DNA of 64,000 nt from Candidatus Caldarchaeum sp. (lineage in GTDB: Archaea; Thermoproteota; Nitrososphaeria_A; Caldarchaeales; Caldarchaeaceae): NCBI GenBank assembly GCA_033580815.1, contig JAVQUC010000002.1, forward strand, positions 4,259-68,258. The letters run 5' to 3'. Position 1 is the stretch's first letter. Each line of letters begins with the position of its first letter. This document shows, piece by piece, positions 10,083 to 20,362 of this stretch. The notes below the pieces were generated by a model. It did no database searches. It was not told the DNA's origin and saw nothing but the letters and a program-made list of their open reading frames with translations. The translations under genes were made by a program, and so were the position numbers.

Positions 10083-11102
10083 TCAGACTTTGCCGGCGAC
10101 GAGTGCGAGTATCGCGGCTCTCACATAGAGAAGGTTTTCGGCCTGGTCGTAAATGACGCTCCGAGGCCCGTCCATCACATCATCGTCAGCCTCCTGACCC
10201 CTGAAAACCGGTAAAACATGCGTGACGACACCGTGTTTGGACATCAAGTCCGTCAGTTCACGGGTAAGCTTCCAGTCCTTGTATTTGTTATGAAGCTCGA
10301 CTTCGCGTTCGCGGCCGAACCTGTTCATTCCGGTTAGGACGCATTCGTGGCTTGCCCAGCTCCGTGGGAAAACTGCGTCCGCGCCCTCTAAAGCTTCCCT
10401 GTAGTCGTGGGAGATTGATAGGCTGCCGCCGCTTTCTTCGGCGTTCTTCTTGGCAATCTTGACGATGTTCTCGTCGATGTCGAAGCCCGGCGGATAAGCG
10501 AGTACGACATCCATTCCGAACCTTGTCGCAATCAACATCTCATCCTGTATGCTGCCCCAGCTTCTGATCCTATCGCTGTAAGCCCACATCAACACATATT
10601 TTTTCTTCTCCACTTTGCCAAGCTTTTCCTTTAACGTGTAAAGGTCTGTTATTGCTTGGCTGGGATGGAACATGTCGTCGGCCATGTTGATGACGGGAAT
10701 TTTCGCATGTTCGGCGTATTCACGGACAACGGCGTTTCCTCTACCGTACACATAGTCGACGGCTGATTCGAGGATGCGGACGCCCAGAACGTGGCCGAGC
10801 CTTTCATACATCTTGGCTATGTCTTTGACCGCTTCTCCTTCAGCGCCGCGTGTCGTGGCAAAGTCGATGAACTGGGCGTGGCCTCCCAGCATCGTCGCCG
10901 CTGCTTCAAAGCTGGCCCTCGTCCTAGTGCTGGTGTTGTAGAAGAGCATGAACATGGTCCTGTTTTTGAAGAGCTCGGGAACGTTCCCGGCCGCCCTCCC
11001 GATTTTCAGGCTGCGCGCAAGCTCCATCGTCGCCGTGATCTCCTCGATTGTCCAATCTTGTGATGAGATGAGGTCCCTTCCGAAAAGCTCTGTCAGGGTC
11101 AT
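10083..11102 (-). CDS. Second OTC/ATC-superfamily transcarbamylase paralog (339 aa), of unassigned specificity
   Basis: STRTRASFE and HPSQ motifs. It shares the unusual WAYS…FGMDVVLAYPPGF segment with 5188..6264 and has a C-terminal HVLPVFRGQE. It lies convergent to carbamate kinase. Confidence 0.65.
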   Translation of the reverse strand: MTLTELFGRDLISSQDWTIEEITATMELARSLKIGRAAGNVPELFKNRTMFMLFYNTSTRTRASFEAAATMLGGHAQFIDFATTRGAEGEAVKDIAKMYERLGHVLGVRILESAVDYVYGRGNAVVREYAEHAKIPVINMADDMFHPSQAITDLYTLKEKLGKVEKKKYVLMWAYSDRIRSWGSIQDEMLIATRFGMDVVLAYPPGFDIDENIVKIAKKNAEESGGSLSISHDYREALEGADAVFPRSWASHECVLTGMNRFGREREVELHNKYKDWKLTRELTDLMSKHGVVTHVLPVFRGQEADDDVMDGPRSVIYDQAENLLYVRAAILALVAGKV

Positions 11103-11126
11103 GCCGCCAACTTTCGATCCGTAAAT

Positions 11127-13478
11127 TTATAGGTGTTTAGCTTTGTACAGTTCTTCGAGGACCCGTGATGGTTTAAGTGGGAGCTCCCGGATGTAAACTC
11201 CCGTCGCATTTGCCACCGCTCCGGCGATGGAAGCAGCTGGGAGAACGACAGGGATTTCGCCCATCGCTTTAGCGCCGAAGACACCGATGCTTCCTTTTAC
11301 CTCCACGATGATGCTGTGTATTTCCTGCGGTGCGTCGGATGCAGTGGGGATGACAAATCGGTGAAGGGATGGGTTGACGAGAACCCCTCCGTCGTGAACA
11401 ATTTCCTCCATCAAGGCGTATCCAAGACCCATTATGCTCCCGCCTTCGTAAGTCGCGACGAGACCCAGCGGGTTTATCGCACGGCCGACGTCGTAGGCTG
11501 CCGTCAGGCGGTCGACTTTCACCACCCCTGTCTCAGTGTCGACAGTAACTTCAGATATCAGGGCGCCGTACGTATACTGATTGTAGGGGGACCCTTGGCC
11601 TGTTTCGGGATCCCATTTGGTGGGAGGCGCGATGTAGTAGCCGACTGCTTTCAGCGGAACGTTCTCTTCAAAACATTGGTTTACGGCCTCTTGCCAGCTG
11701 ACTGATTTACCGTTTGCAGCTGATATCTTTCCGTGCTTAAATTCGAGGTCTGTCGGGTTGGTCGAAAGGGTTTTGGCCACTACGGATGCGATCGTGGCCC
11801 TGATTTTTAGAGCTGCGTCTAGCGCAGCTTGCCCGCCTATTACAGTTGTTCGGGATGCGACGGTCGGCCCGGAGTTGGGAACAGCAGCCGTGTCAGGTCT
11901 TTCGAGCTTCACCATCGAAATCGGTAGCCCGAGGGCCTCGGCGGTGACGATGGCGAGCGAAGTTAGAGCACCGGTTCCGTATTCAGTCAACCCGGTTTGA
12001 ACAACCACTTGCCCGCCCCTCTCCACACGTGTAACGACGTATGCGAAATCATCTCCTTCGGGACCCAGCGTGTTCCCGTGGTATAGGAGAGCGATCCCTA
12101 TACCCTTCTTTATCGAGGTGTTCCGTCGGTTGAACTCCTCGAATTCTCGGGCCTTTCTCCGGTATTCGCTGACTTCGACGGCTTGACGATAGCATCTGAC
12201 GAGGCCGTCGTCCTCGATTTTGTGGCTTGTCGCGGTGAGGGAACCGGGTTTCAGCATGTTGATTTCCCTTATTTCGAGAGGGGACATGTTAAGCTCCTCG
12301 GCGAGCTCGTTCATCGTCATCTCGGCGGCGAAATGAGCTTGTGGTGCGCCAAACCCACGGGTCGAACCAGCCATGGTGTTGTTGGTTATTACGCAGTAGC
12401 CGTCGGCCCAAACATTCGGCACTTCATACGGGCCGGTGCAGTGGAAAGTGGCGCGGCCTATCACTAGGTGGCCTTTTGAGATGTATGCGCCGGTGTCCTC
12501 GTAGAGGGTTGACTTCCAAGCAAGCAGCTTTCCGTTCTGGTCTGCTCCGACGACGTTCGTGATTTCGAAGGGATGTCTTTTGCATTGAACCGTCATCGCC
12601 TCCGCTCGGGTGAAAGCCGCGAGAGCGGGCTTTCCTGTATGGTAGGTCGCTAGGCAAGCGTAAGCAGCAACATCTATGGGTGTTTCGTCGCTTTTCGGCC
12701 CAAACCCTCCACCGGTAGCGGCCTGAACAACCCTCAGCCTATCGTTTGGAACACCGAGAATCCTAAGGACTTTGTTGTATACGTCGTGAAGGTTTTGCAT
12801 CGAGGAGATGCAGTTAATTCTTCCATCGCCGTCTATGAAGGAATACGCAATTTCTATCTCGAGCGGCAGCCCCGTGATAAACTGAGTTCTATAGGTTCTT
12901 TCAATAATGACGTCGGACTTCCTGAAGCCTTCTTCAACATCGCCCTTCCTGATTTTGAAATGAGTGAAGACATTGTCTCTGTCCTGCACGCGTGGTGCAT
13001 TGGGTTTTATCGCTTCACGAGGACTGGTGACCACGGGAAGCGGGTCATAAACAACCTCGACAAACTCCGCGGCCTCTTCTGCGTCCTCGACCGATTCTCC
13101 AACCACCAGCGCCACGGCTTCACCTATGTGGCGGACTTTGTCGAAGGCGAGTAGGGGCCTGTCGGAGATAAGGCTTCCACCGTCGTTGACGCCCGGAATA
13201 TCCTTTGCCGTAATGACTTTAACAACTCCCTTCCTTTTTTCGGCAGGGCTGTAATCGATTTTCCTGATGTATCCATGGGGGATGTTGGAGCGGACGGCCT
13301 TTACGAAAAGAGTTTTTTCAGCCACGAGGTCCGCTGTGTAGACAGGTTTTCCGAGGACTGCGTCGAGGGCGTCGACCCGAGCAACTTTTTTGCCGATGAC
13401 GAAAAACTCTCTCGCCTGAAGGATTTCGGCGAACCGTTTGAGGATTTCCTCACTCACCGTCTTCTCACCCTCTCCCAC
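11127..13478 (-). CDS. Molybdopterin-binding large subunit of a xanthine dehydrogenase / aldehyde oxidase-family molybdoenzyme (783 aa)
   Basis: Length and conserved blocks of the XdhA/CoxL family. It lies in an operon with 2Fe-2S and FAD subunits. Confidence 0.8.
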   Translation of the reverse strand: MGEGEKTVSEEILKRFAEILQAREFFVIGKKVARVDALDAVLGKPVYTADLVAEKTLFVKAVRSNIPHGYIRKIDYSPAEKRKGVVKVITAKDIPGVNDGGSLISDRPLLAFDKVRHIGEAVALVVGESVEDAEEAAEFVEVVYDPLPVVTSPREAIKPNAPRVQDRDNVFTHFKIRKGDVEEGFRKSDVIIERTYRTQFITGLPLEIEIAYSFIDGDGRINCISSMQNLHDVYNKVLRILGVPNDRLRVVQAATGGGFGPKSDETPIDVAAYACLATYHTGKPALAAFTRAEAMTVQCKRHPFEITNVVGADQNGKLLAWKSTLYEDTGAYISKGHLVIGRATFHCTGPYEVPNVWADGYCVITNNTMAGSTRGFGAPQAHFAAEMTMNELAEELNMSPLEIREINMLKPGSLTATSHKIEDDGLVRCYRQAVEVSEYRRKAREFEEFNRRNTSIKKGIGIALLYHGNTLGPEGDDFAYVVTRVERGGQVVVQTGLTEYGTGALTSLAIVTAEALGLPISMVKLERPDTAAVPNSGPTVASRTTVIGGQAALDAALKIRATIASVVAKTLSTNPTDLEFKHGKISAANGKSVSWQEAVNQCFEENVPLKAVGYYIAPPTKWDPETGQGSPYNQYTYGALISEVTVDTETGVVKVDRLTAAYDVGRAINPLGLVATYEGGSIMGLGYALMEEIVHDGGVLVNPSLHRFVIPTASDAPQEIHSIIVEVKGSIGVFGAKAMGEIPVVLPAASIAGAVANATGVYIRELPLKPSRVLEELYKAKHL

Positions 13479-13909
13479 GCCTCTTCAAACCTTATGTAGC
13501 TACCGCACCTACAAAGGACGGTTCTCAGCGCGTGTCTTACCTCTTGCTTCGTCGCCGTGGGTTTTTCGTCGTAGAGGTGTTTGAGAACGAGGAGCGCGGC
13601 CGGTATGCAGAAGCCGCATTGGACGGCGCCGACGTCGATGAAGGCTTGCTGCAGCGGATGAAGTTTCCCACCGTCACCCAACGCTTCGACCGTGGTGATT
13701 TTTAGGCCGTCCACGCGATAAGCTAGGACGAGGCACGAATTGACGGGTTTTCCATCGACCAATACGATGCAGAGCCCGCAGTCACCTGTGCCGCATCCCT
13801 GTTTGACGCTGACCAACCGCAGCTTGTTACGGAGAACGTCGCTAAGCCTCTCATTAGGCTCTACATCCACCGAATACCTGACCCCGTTAACCTCAAAATC
13901 GACTTTCAA
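13454..13909 (-). CDS. [2Fe-2S] small subunit of the molybdo-dehydrogenase (XdhC/CoxS-like), about 151 aa
   Basis: CGTGDCGLC and CGFCIPA cluster motifs. The likely TTG start (MKVDFEVNG…) overlaps the stop of the FAD subunit. The tracked ORF is N-terminally over-extended. Confidence 0.8.
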   Translation of the reverse strand: MKVDFEVNGVRYSVDVEPNERLSDVLRNKLRLVSVKQGCGTGDCGLCIVLVDGKPVNSCLVLAYRVDGLKITTVEALGDGGKLHPLQQAFIDVGAVQCGFCIPAALLVLKHLYDEKPTATKQEVRHALRTVLCRCGSYIRFEEAWERVRRR

Positions 13910-14742
13910 ACGGCACCACCCACAGACCGCTGCAAAAGCCTTTCCAACAAAACCCCAGCCACCTTCTTCCGGTACCAAGATGACGCAAAGACATCGTCTA
14001 CCGGGTTAATCGACTTCGAAAGAAGTTCACCTGCTTTCTCAATGTTTTCCTTTGTCAGAGGCCTGTTTTCGAGGAATTTCTCAACCGAGAAGACCCTTCC
14101 CGGGGTCTCGAAGTCTTTATGGGAAACTGCAACCTTGATGTTCTTTCCGCTCACATCGACGGAAACAGACATCAACGGAAACCTTGATATCCCCATCCAG
14201 AGCTTGTCAAACCAACAGCCAGCGCTCAGCCGGAACGAAACAAACTCCAAGAGTCCTCTAATTTCTAACTTTCGCCGCAAAAACTCGTCAAGGGAAACTC
14301 TTTTTTGCCCCTCCTTGGTTGCGAAGATAAGTTCTGCGTCGAGTGTCAGCAGAATCGGTATGATGTCCTCGGTCGCTCTTTTGAGCATGATGCTTCCCCC
14401 CGTTGTAGCTAGGTAGGACACAGCGGGTGATGAATAGTTCTGGAAAAATGTGTGAAAAGCCGGGATCTGTTTACCGAAGGTCGAAGCCAATTGATGATGC
14501 GTAACGAGTGCTCCGACATTCGCTCTACCGTCAGCCACAACAACGTTCTTCAGTTCGCGGATTTTGCCTATGTCGACGAACTTGCGGGTTCGTCTTTCCC
14601 CGGTCGTTAAGGATGTGATGATTTCTGTTCCCGCGGCCATGATTTCTCTCTCCGGCTCGTCGTCAAGAGCCTTCAAGGCCTGATCCACAGTCTCGGCGAC
14701 CACCACATCTATCCTCGGAATGTTCAAATAGCCGATGATCAT
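13906..14742 (-). CDS. FAD-binding medium subunit of the molybdo-dehydrogenase (XdhB/CoxM-like), 278 aa
   Basis: Typical N-terminus and FAD-binding PCMH-type domain. It overlaps both neighbouring genes. Confidence 0.75.
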   Translation of the reverse strand: MIIGYLNIPRIDVVVAETVDQALKALDDEPEREIMAAGTEIITSLTTGERRTRKFVDIGKIRELKNVVVADGRANVGALVTHHQLASTFGKQIPAFHTFFQNYSSPAVSYLATTGGSIMLKRATEDIIPILLTLDAELIFATKEGQKRVSLDEFLRRKLEIRGLLEFVSFRLSAGCWFDKLWMGISRFPLMSVSVDVSGKNIKVAVSHKDFETPGRVFSVEKFLENRPLTKENIEKAGELLSKSINPVDDVFASSWYRKKVAGVLLERLLQRSVGGAV

Positions 14743-16106
14743 GGTCTCAGCCTCAATGGCTCAACAGCTTCTGAGGGCTCTTCTCCGAGTCTGAGCCAGA
14801 GCTTTTCGACCGTCTTCACGACCGTCGACTCGGCTTTTTCCTTATCAACCTTGGTCAACTGCCTGTTCTCCACGACCTGAACGCCGTCGACGAAAACCTG
14901 TTCAACGTCTCCCCCCTTCACGCCGTTAACCAAATAGCCATAAACATTCCTGTCGATAGGAGTGGCGCAAACTTCGGGTCTTACAACGATGATATCAGCT
15001 CTTTTCCCCAGCTCGAGCGAGCCCAACGATGATAAGCCGTAGGCCTTCGCGGCGTTGACTGTCGCCATCTCAACGACCGTCTGAGGAGAAAGCACGGAAG
15101 GGTCTCTTCGTTCCACGCGGTGTATCAGAAAGGCGGTGCGCATGTTCTCGAACCCGTCGAAAACGTATCCGTCGTTGCCCAAGCCGACGTTGACCCCGGC
15201 CTCAAGCATCTCGGGAAGCTTCATCACACCGACGGCGTTCAACATGTTGCTCATTGGGTTGTGAGCCACGTGCGTACCAGTCGACGCCAGCAGTTGGATT
15301 TCACGTCTGTTTAGGTGAACGCAGTGGGCGAGTACAGAGAATGGCCCTAGTAGACCGGTCTGATGGAGCCTTTCCACAGTCCTTTTTCCATATCTTTCGA
15401 TGTTGTGGTAGACGTCGTTGAGGCCCTCGGAGACGTGAATTGTCAAGGGGGCGTTGAATTTTTTGGCTATGTCGATGCCTCTCGCGATGAGGTCGTCGCT
15501 TACCGTGAAGGAGGCGTGAAGACTCACCATACCTTTTGCAAGACCAACACCACCTCTTTCGAGAAACCGCACGTTCTCATCTAATCCTCTCCTTCCCTCG
15601 TCGACGCTTCTTCTTTCAGTTGCCTCAAAAGAGATCAGCCCTCTTATGCCGACTTCGTTGACGGCTTTGGCTATTGCGTCAAGGCTGCCTTCTGGATTTG
15701 ATGGGGCAGAATAGGTGTCGGCGAAAGTGGTTGTGCCGTTTAGAACCATCTCCATGCATGCAGCTAAGGCGGTTGCGTAGGCGTCGTCGTTGTTCATTTG
15801 TTCGTCGAGAGGCCACCAAATCCGTTGAAGGTTTTCGAGAAAATCTGTCGTGGGCCGAATGCGTAAGGCCGCTCCCCTTAAGGCGATGCCGTAGAGATGG
15901 GTGTGGGCGCAGATGAGTCCAGGCATCACGAACTTTCCGGAAACATCGATGACCCGGTCGAATCGACTTGCTCTTCCGACATCGCCGTTTTTCCCGACAA
16001 AAGTTATCACGCCATCTTCAAACCCGACTGCTCCGTCGACGATGACCCTCCGAACCGAATCCATTGTAACGATAACGCCGCCCTTGAGCAGAACCGAGTC
16101 CGGCAC
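14739..16106 (-). CDS. Amidohydrolase-superfamily deaminase/chlorohydrolase (SsnA / guanine-deaminase-like), 455 aa
   Basis: HTHL metal-binding motif near the N-terminus and the typical length. It lies in an operon with the xdh genes. Confidence 0.65.
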   Translation of the reverse strand: MPDSVLLKGGVIVTMDSVRRVIVDGAVGFEDGVITFVGKNGDVGRASRFDRVIDVSGKFVMPGLICAHTHLYGIALRGAALRIRPTTDFLENLQRIWWPLDEQMNNDDAYATALAACMEMVLNGTTTFADTYSAPSNPEGSLDAIAKAVNEVGIRGLISFEATERRSVDEGRRGLDENVRFLERGGVGLAKGMVSLHASFTVSDDLIARGIDIAKKFNAPLTIHVSEGLNDVYHNIERYGKRTVERLHQTGLLGPFSVLAHCVHLNRREIQLLASTGTHVAHNPMSNMLNAVGVMKLPEMLEAGVNVGLGNDGYVFDGFENMRTAFLIHRVERRDPSVLSPQTVVEMATVNAAKAYGLSSLGSLELGKRADIIVVRPEVCATPIDRNVYGYLVNGVKGGDVEQVFVDGVQVVENRQLTKVDKEKAESTVVKTVEKLWLRLGEEPSEAVEPLRLRP

Positions 16107-16109
16107 GAG

Positions 16110-17111
16110 CTAAACCTCCGCGATGCTCTTGATTAGGTATTCTGGGTCTCCGCTCAAAGGTAGCAGGAGCGGCGAAGTGCATCCATGAGCCATGTATTCC
16201 TTGACCTTTGACACCACGTCTGAAACGGTTCCGGAGGCGCTTATCATTCTGACTATGTCGTCGGGAACGATTTCTGTCGCCTTCTCTATTCCGCCCGGTT
16301 TCGCAGGCCAGCCACCCATGATGCGTTGTACTTCATGAATCAAGTCTTCGCTCACTCCGCTTGCTTTCATGATGTGCGGCTGCTGGCCCAAAGTCATGGT
16401 CACGTGTTTTTTGGCGAGTTTCACAGCCTTATCGGCATCAGGATGCACCGAGCAAGCTATTAATTGCGGCCTGTCTATGTCCTCGAGCCTCCGCCCTGCT
16501 CTTGCTGCACCGATCTTTATGTGTTCCAGCGCTGTGTCGTTGTATTTGGGGGAGACGAGGTAGTTGAGGAGTACTCCGTCGCCGATTTCTCCAGCTAGCT
16601 CCATCATCTTCCATCCGGTAGCACCGATGTAAATGGGGATGTTTCGGGGTTTCTCTCCAGCGCCGTGTAGAACGTCCAAACGAACACCTCGCATTTTCAC
16701 AAACTTTCCTTCAAACGTCACCTCCTCCATGCGGAAAAGCCTGCGAATTACTTCGACGTATTCCCGCATGCATTTAAGAGGCTCGGTCCTCTCTATCCCA
16801 ACCTTCCAAGCAAGCGGGTCCCACCAAGCACCAAGTCCGAGAATAACACGTCCATCGCTCAATTCATCCATCGTCGCGAAAGTCTGAGCGATGAGGGCGG
16901 CGTTACGGGTCCAAGTGTTTATCACACCAGCTCCAACCTTGATTTTGGAAGTGACTGTTGCGATTGCGGTCATGGGAGTCAACGCATCTCTTGCCAGACG
17001 TGATTCGGCTACCCATGCCGATTCGAAATCGTAACGCTCGGCGAGCTGAGCATAACGTACCATCTCACGGACATGCATGTCTTGAAGATATAGACCCCAG
17101 CGAACATCCAT
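16110..17111 (-). CDS. Luciferase-like (LLM) flavin/F420-dependent oxidoreductase, 333 aa
   Basis: TIM-barrel LLM family features (…GLGAWWDP…). First gene of the minus-strand operon. Confidence 0.6.
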   Translation of the reverse strand: MDVRWGLYLQDMHVREMVRYAQLAERYDFESAWVAESRLARDALTPMTAIATVTSKIKVGAGVINTWTRNAALIAQTFATMDELSDGRVILGLGAWWDPLAWKVGIERTEPLKCMREYVEVIRRLFRMEEVTFEGKFVKMRGVRLDVLHGAGEKPRNIPIYIGATGWKMMELAGEIGDGVLLNYLVSPKYNDTALEHIKIGAARAGRRLEDIDRPQLIACSVHPDADKAVKLAKKHVTMTLGQQPHIMKASGVSEDLIHEVQRIMGGWPAKPGGIEKATEIVPDDIVRMISASGTVSDVVSKVKEYMAHGCTSPLLLPLSGDPEYLIKSIAEV

Positions 17112-17199
17112 GCCTATTAGACTTCACAATCGAAGGATGTTTTTATCTGTTTGTGTAAAAAATGTAAGGATATATGGGGCGCCATTTCATTCTGAGTAA

Positions 17200-18987
17200 A
17201 TGAACGCGAGGACAAAGCTACACCTCGTAACTCGTAATCTTGTGAGAACCGCCTTGGGTTTAGAGAAGGCAGACCTTGTGGTCAAAGGTGGTAATCTGGT
17301 TAACGTTCACACCAGGGAAATAATGGAGAACGTTGATGTTGCGGTTCGGTTTGGAAGGGTTGTGTTGGTCGGTGACGCCGACCCTTGCATCGGAGCCGAT
17401 ACGTTTGTCTACGATGCGTCGGAGAAGTTTGTCGTGCCCGGGTTGTTAGACCCACACGTCCACATCGAAAGCTCCATGGTTGTGGTCACTGAATTTGCGC
17501 GAATAGTTCTCCCACACGGAACCACGACGGTGTTTGTCGACCCTCACGAAATTGGGAACGTCTTTGGCCTTGAAGGCGTGAAACTTATGATAGAAGAGTC
17601 AAAAAATCTTCCCTTGAAAGTTTTCATAACGTATCCGTCGTGCGTGCCTGCGGCTCCGGGGTTTGAGACTGCAGGCGCTCATGTGGGGCCGGCGGAAATA
17701 GCGGAGGCGATGAAGTTTGAGGAGGTGATTGCTCTAGGTGAGATGATGAATTTCCCTGGAGTGCTGTCTTGCGATGAAATTGTTCACGCCGAAATAGCTG
17801 AAACCCTCAAAGCCGGTAAGCTGGTCGAAGGACATGATTCCGGCCTTCTTGGCCGGGAGTTGACAGCATACGTGGCCGCCGGGATTACTTCCACACATGA
17901 AAGCGTGACCAAAAGACAGGCCTTGGAAAGGCTGAGGAACGGCATGTACGTCTACCTCCGAGAGGGAAGTGCCTGGCTTGACATCAAGGATACAATAAGG
18001 GCTTACACGGAGACTGGAATAGACCCGCGGCACATCTGTTTATGCACTGACGATAAGGAGCCTGCGTCGATTCTACGCGACGGACACGTCGACCACTGCG
18101 TCCGAAGAGCCATCCAAGAGGGGGTTGACCCTCTGACGGCCATACAGATGGCGACCATAAACCCGGCGGAAAGGTATCGTCTCTCCTACGAGATAGGGAG
18201 CATAGCTCCTGCGAGGATTGCGGACATTCTTGTTATTTCCGATTTGACGAAGTTTCAGGTTGAAGCTGTTTTCGCCGACGGAGAACTTGTGGCCGAAAAC
18301 GGAAAGATGGTTAAGCAGCTTCCAAGCTACAGTTACCCGGAGAAATTCATGAAGAGTGTGAAACTCTCGAGGCCTTTGAAGCCTGAGGATTTTGTGATTC
18401 GGAACGACCGGGAGGGTGAGCAACTGCGTGTTAGGGTTATTCAGGCAATTGAAGGCAGCGTGCTCACCAAGCATCTCATCGACCGCCTCGAGGTCTCCAA
18501 AAACGTCATCCAACCGGATCCCGACAGGAGTATAATGAAGATAGCGGTCATCGAAAGACACGGGAAAACAGGAAACATTAGCCTCGGTTTCACAAAGGGC
18601 TTCGGCTTCAGGGAGGGGGCGGTTTCATCGACGGTGGCGCACGACAGCCACAACTTGATGGTTCTTGGGTATGATGAAAAAGACATGGCTTTGGCGGCTA
18701 ACGAGAACGCGCGGATAGGCGGAGGAATTGTCACAGTAGCGGACGGAAAAATTCTGTCGCGGGTCGAGCTACCTCTTGCGGGGTTGATGTCCACAGAGCC
18801 GGCGGACAAAGTAGCTGAAAAACTCAGCAAAACCTACGAAACATGGCGGAAGCTCGGCTGCGAATGGGTTTCGCCGTTCATGACGATGTCTTTGCTAAGC
18901 TTGAGTGTTATTCCGGAGCTTCGGTTGACCGACAAAGGACTCCTAGACACTGTGACCTTCCAATTCGTAAACTTGATCATCGATTGA
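17200..18987 (+). CDS. ade: Adenine deaminase (595 aa)
   Basis: LLDPHVHIESSMV motif and the length are characteristic of the amidohydrolase-family adenine deaminase. Confidence 0.8.
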   Translation: MNARTKLHLVTRNLVRTALGLEKADLVVKGGNLVNVHTREIMENVDVAVRFGRVVLVGDADPCIGADTFVYDASEKFVVPGLLDPHVHIESSMVVVTEFARIVLPHGTTTVFVDPHEIGNVFGLEGVKLMIEESKNLPLKVFITYPSCVPAAPGFETAGAHVGPAEIAEAMKFEEVIALGEMMNFPGVLSCDEIVHAEIAETLKAGKLVEGHDSGLLGRELTAYVAAGITSTHESVTKRQALERLRNGMYVYLREGSAWLDIKDTIRAYTETGIDPRHICLCTDDKEPASILRDGHVDHCVRRAIQEGVDPLTAIQMATINPAERYRLSYEIGSIAPARIADILVISDLTKFQVEAVFADGELVAENGKMVKQLPSYSYPEKFMKSVKLSRPLKPEDFVIRNDREGEQLRVRVIQAIEGSVLTKHLIDRLEVSKNVIQPDPDRSIMKIAVIERHGKTGNISLGFTKGFGFREGAVSSTVAHDSHNLMVLGYDEKDMALAANENARIGGGIVTVADGKILSRVELPLAGLMSTEPADKVAEKLSKTYETWRKLGCEWVSPFMTMSLLSLSVIPELRLTDKGLLDTVTFQFVNLIID

Positions 18988-19004
18988 TGTATAAAAATAT
19001 ATAG
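18988..19004 (+). promoter_or_regulatory. Archaeal TATA box (TGTATAAAAATATATAG) 17-33 nt upstream of the ATG at 19021
   Basis: Strong AT-rich TATA-like element between the ade stop and the transporter start, read from the sequence. Confidence 0.4.
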
Positions 19005-19020
19005 TTCAAAGACGATATTC

Positions 19021-20322
19021 ATGTTGATGCAGGAAAAAACCCGAGTTTCGAGGAGGAAGTTTCTCGCGGTATCTTCTGGTGTCGCCGCCGGCTCGGTCGC
19101 TGCAGGAGTCGTTGTCGGAGGTTTGGCGGGATACTTTCTCGGTACGACTCAAGCTCCGCCAGCCCAAACCGTAACAGCAACAGTGGCCGCTCCGCCGAAG
19201 CGCCTCAAAGTAGGTTACGTCTATGTCGGACCCGTCGGAGACTACGGCTGGACCTTCGCCCACGACCAGGGAAGGAAATGGGCTGACGCAAGATACAAGA
19301 ACGTCGACAGCATCTACATCGAAAGTGTTCCCGAAGCGCAAGCGCTGGGCGCTATTGAATCGCTGATTAACCAAGGAGCAGAGCTGGTGATCACCACGAG
19401 TTTCGGCTACATGGACGCCACAGCTGAAGCAGCCGCCAAACATCCAGACAAATACTTCGTCCACATATCAGGTTACAGGAGCGGAGCAGCGGGAAATGCT
19501 CCGCAGAACATGAGCAGCGCCTTCGCCGAGTTCTACCAGCTCTACTACCTCAACGGATTGGCCGCCGGAGCGGTGACGCAGACCGGAATCGTAGGATACG
19601 TGGCTGCTTTTCCGATCCCCGAGGTCGTGAGACACATCAATGCCTTCGTCCTCGGCGCAAACTACGCTTACAAAAAACGAACAGGCAAAAACATCCGAGC
19701 TTTCGTCAACTGGCTTTTCGCTTGGTTTGACCCCGGAAAGGCCCGTGAAGCAGCGGTTGCTCTGATAGAACAGTCGAACGCAGATGTTTTGGCCTTCACC
19801 GAAGACACTCCCACCACTCTCCAGGTGGCTGAAGAATTTACCACGCAACGGAACAGAAAGACATGGAGCTTCAGCCATTACAACGACATGTCCAGCTACG
19901 GAAAAACAGCCCATCTGACTGGTCAGATAGTTAACTGGGGTCCAATCTACCTCGATTTCTACCGAATGGTGGGCACAGGCACTTGGCATTCGGTTGACAT
20001 ATGGACGAGGATCGGGGACTACATGCCCTACCGATGGAGGAAGCCCCCCGAACAGAGCACCGCTGGACAGGTCGACGGAACCCTCCAACTAGCCCCGATA
20101 AACCCTGCGGTGCCTAGCGAATGGCAATATGAAATAAAGAGAAGATATGAGGAGATGAAGGAGCTGCTTTTCGAGCCATTCAGCGTCGAAGGAAACCTCG
20201 GAGAACCCATCAAAGACCAGCGGGGCGAAGTCAGGATCAAAGGGACGGAGCGCGCTGACTGGAAGATGCTTTGGGAGATGGACTGGTTCGTCGAACAAGT
20301 CGAAAGCGAGTTGCCGCGTTAA
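19021..20322 (+). CDS. BMP/PnrA-family ABC substrate-binding protein (nucleoside-binding) with a Tat/lipoprotein-type signal, 433 aa
   Basis: N-terminal SRRKFLAVSSGVAAGS plus BMP-family blocks. Followed by a CUT2-type ABC ATPase and two permeases. Confidence 0.7.
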   Translation: MLMQEKTRVSRRKFLAVSSGVAAGSVAAGVVVGGLAGYFLGTTQAPPAQTVTATVAAPPKRLKVGYVYVGPVGDYGWTFAHDQGRKWADARYKNVDSIYIESVPEAQALGAIESLINQGAELVITTSFGYMDATAEAAAKHPDKYFVHISGYRSGAAGNAPQNMSSAFAEFYQLYYLNGLAAGAVTQTGIVGYVAAFPIPEVVRHINAFVLGANYAYKKRTGKNIRAFVNWLFAWFDPGKAREAAVALIEQSNADVLAFTEDTPTTLQVAEEFTTQRNRKTWSFSHYNDMSSYGKTAHLTGQIVNWGPIYLDFYRMVGTGTWHSVDIWTRIGDYMPYRWRKPPEQSTAGQVDGTLQLAPINPAVPSEWQYEIKRRYEEMKELLFEPFSVEGNLGEPIKDQRGEVRIKGTERADWKMLWEMDWFVEQVESELPR

Positions 20323-20362
20323 ACTTCCTTTAAAACCCATAAATTTTTTCCGCATAATTCAA

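Noticed and set aside
13910-13978. N-terminal extension of the 2Fe-2S subunit ORF (MVPEEGGWGF…)
   Set aside because: It overlaps the FAD subunit. A TTG start giving MKVDFEVNG matches the family N-terminus.
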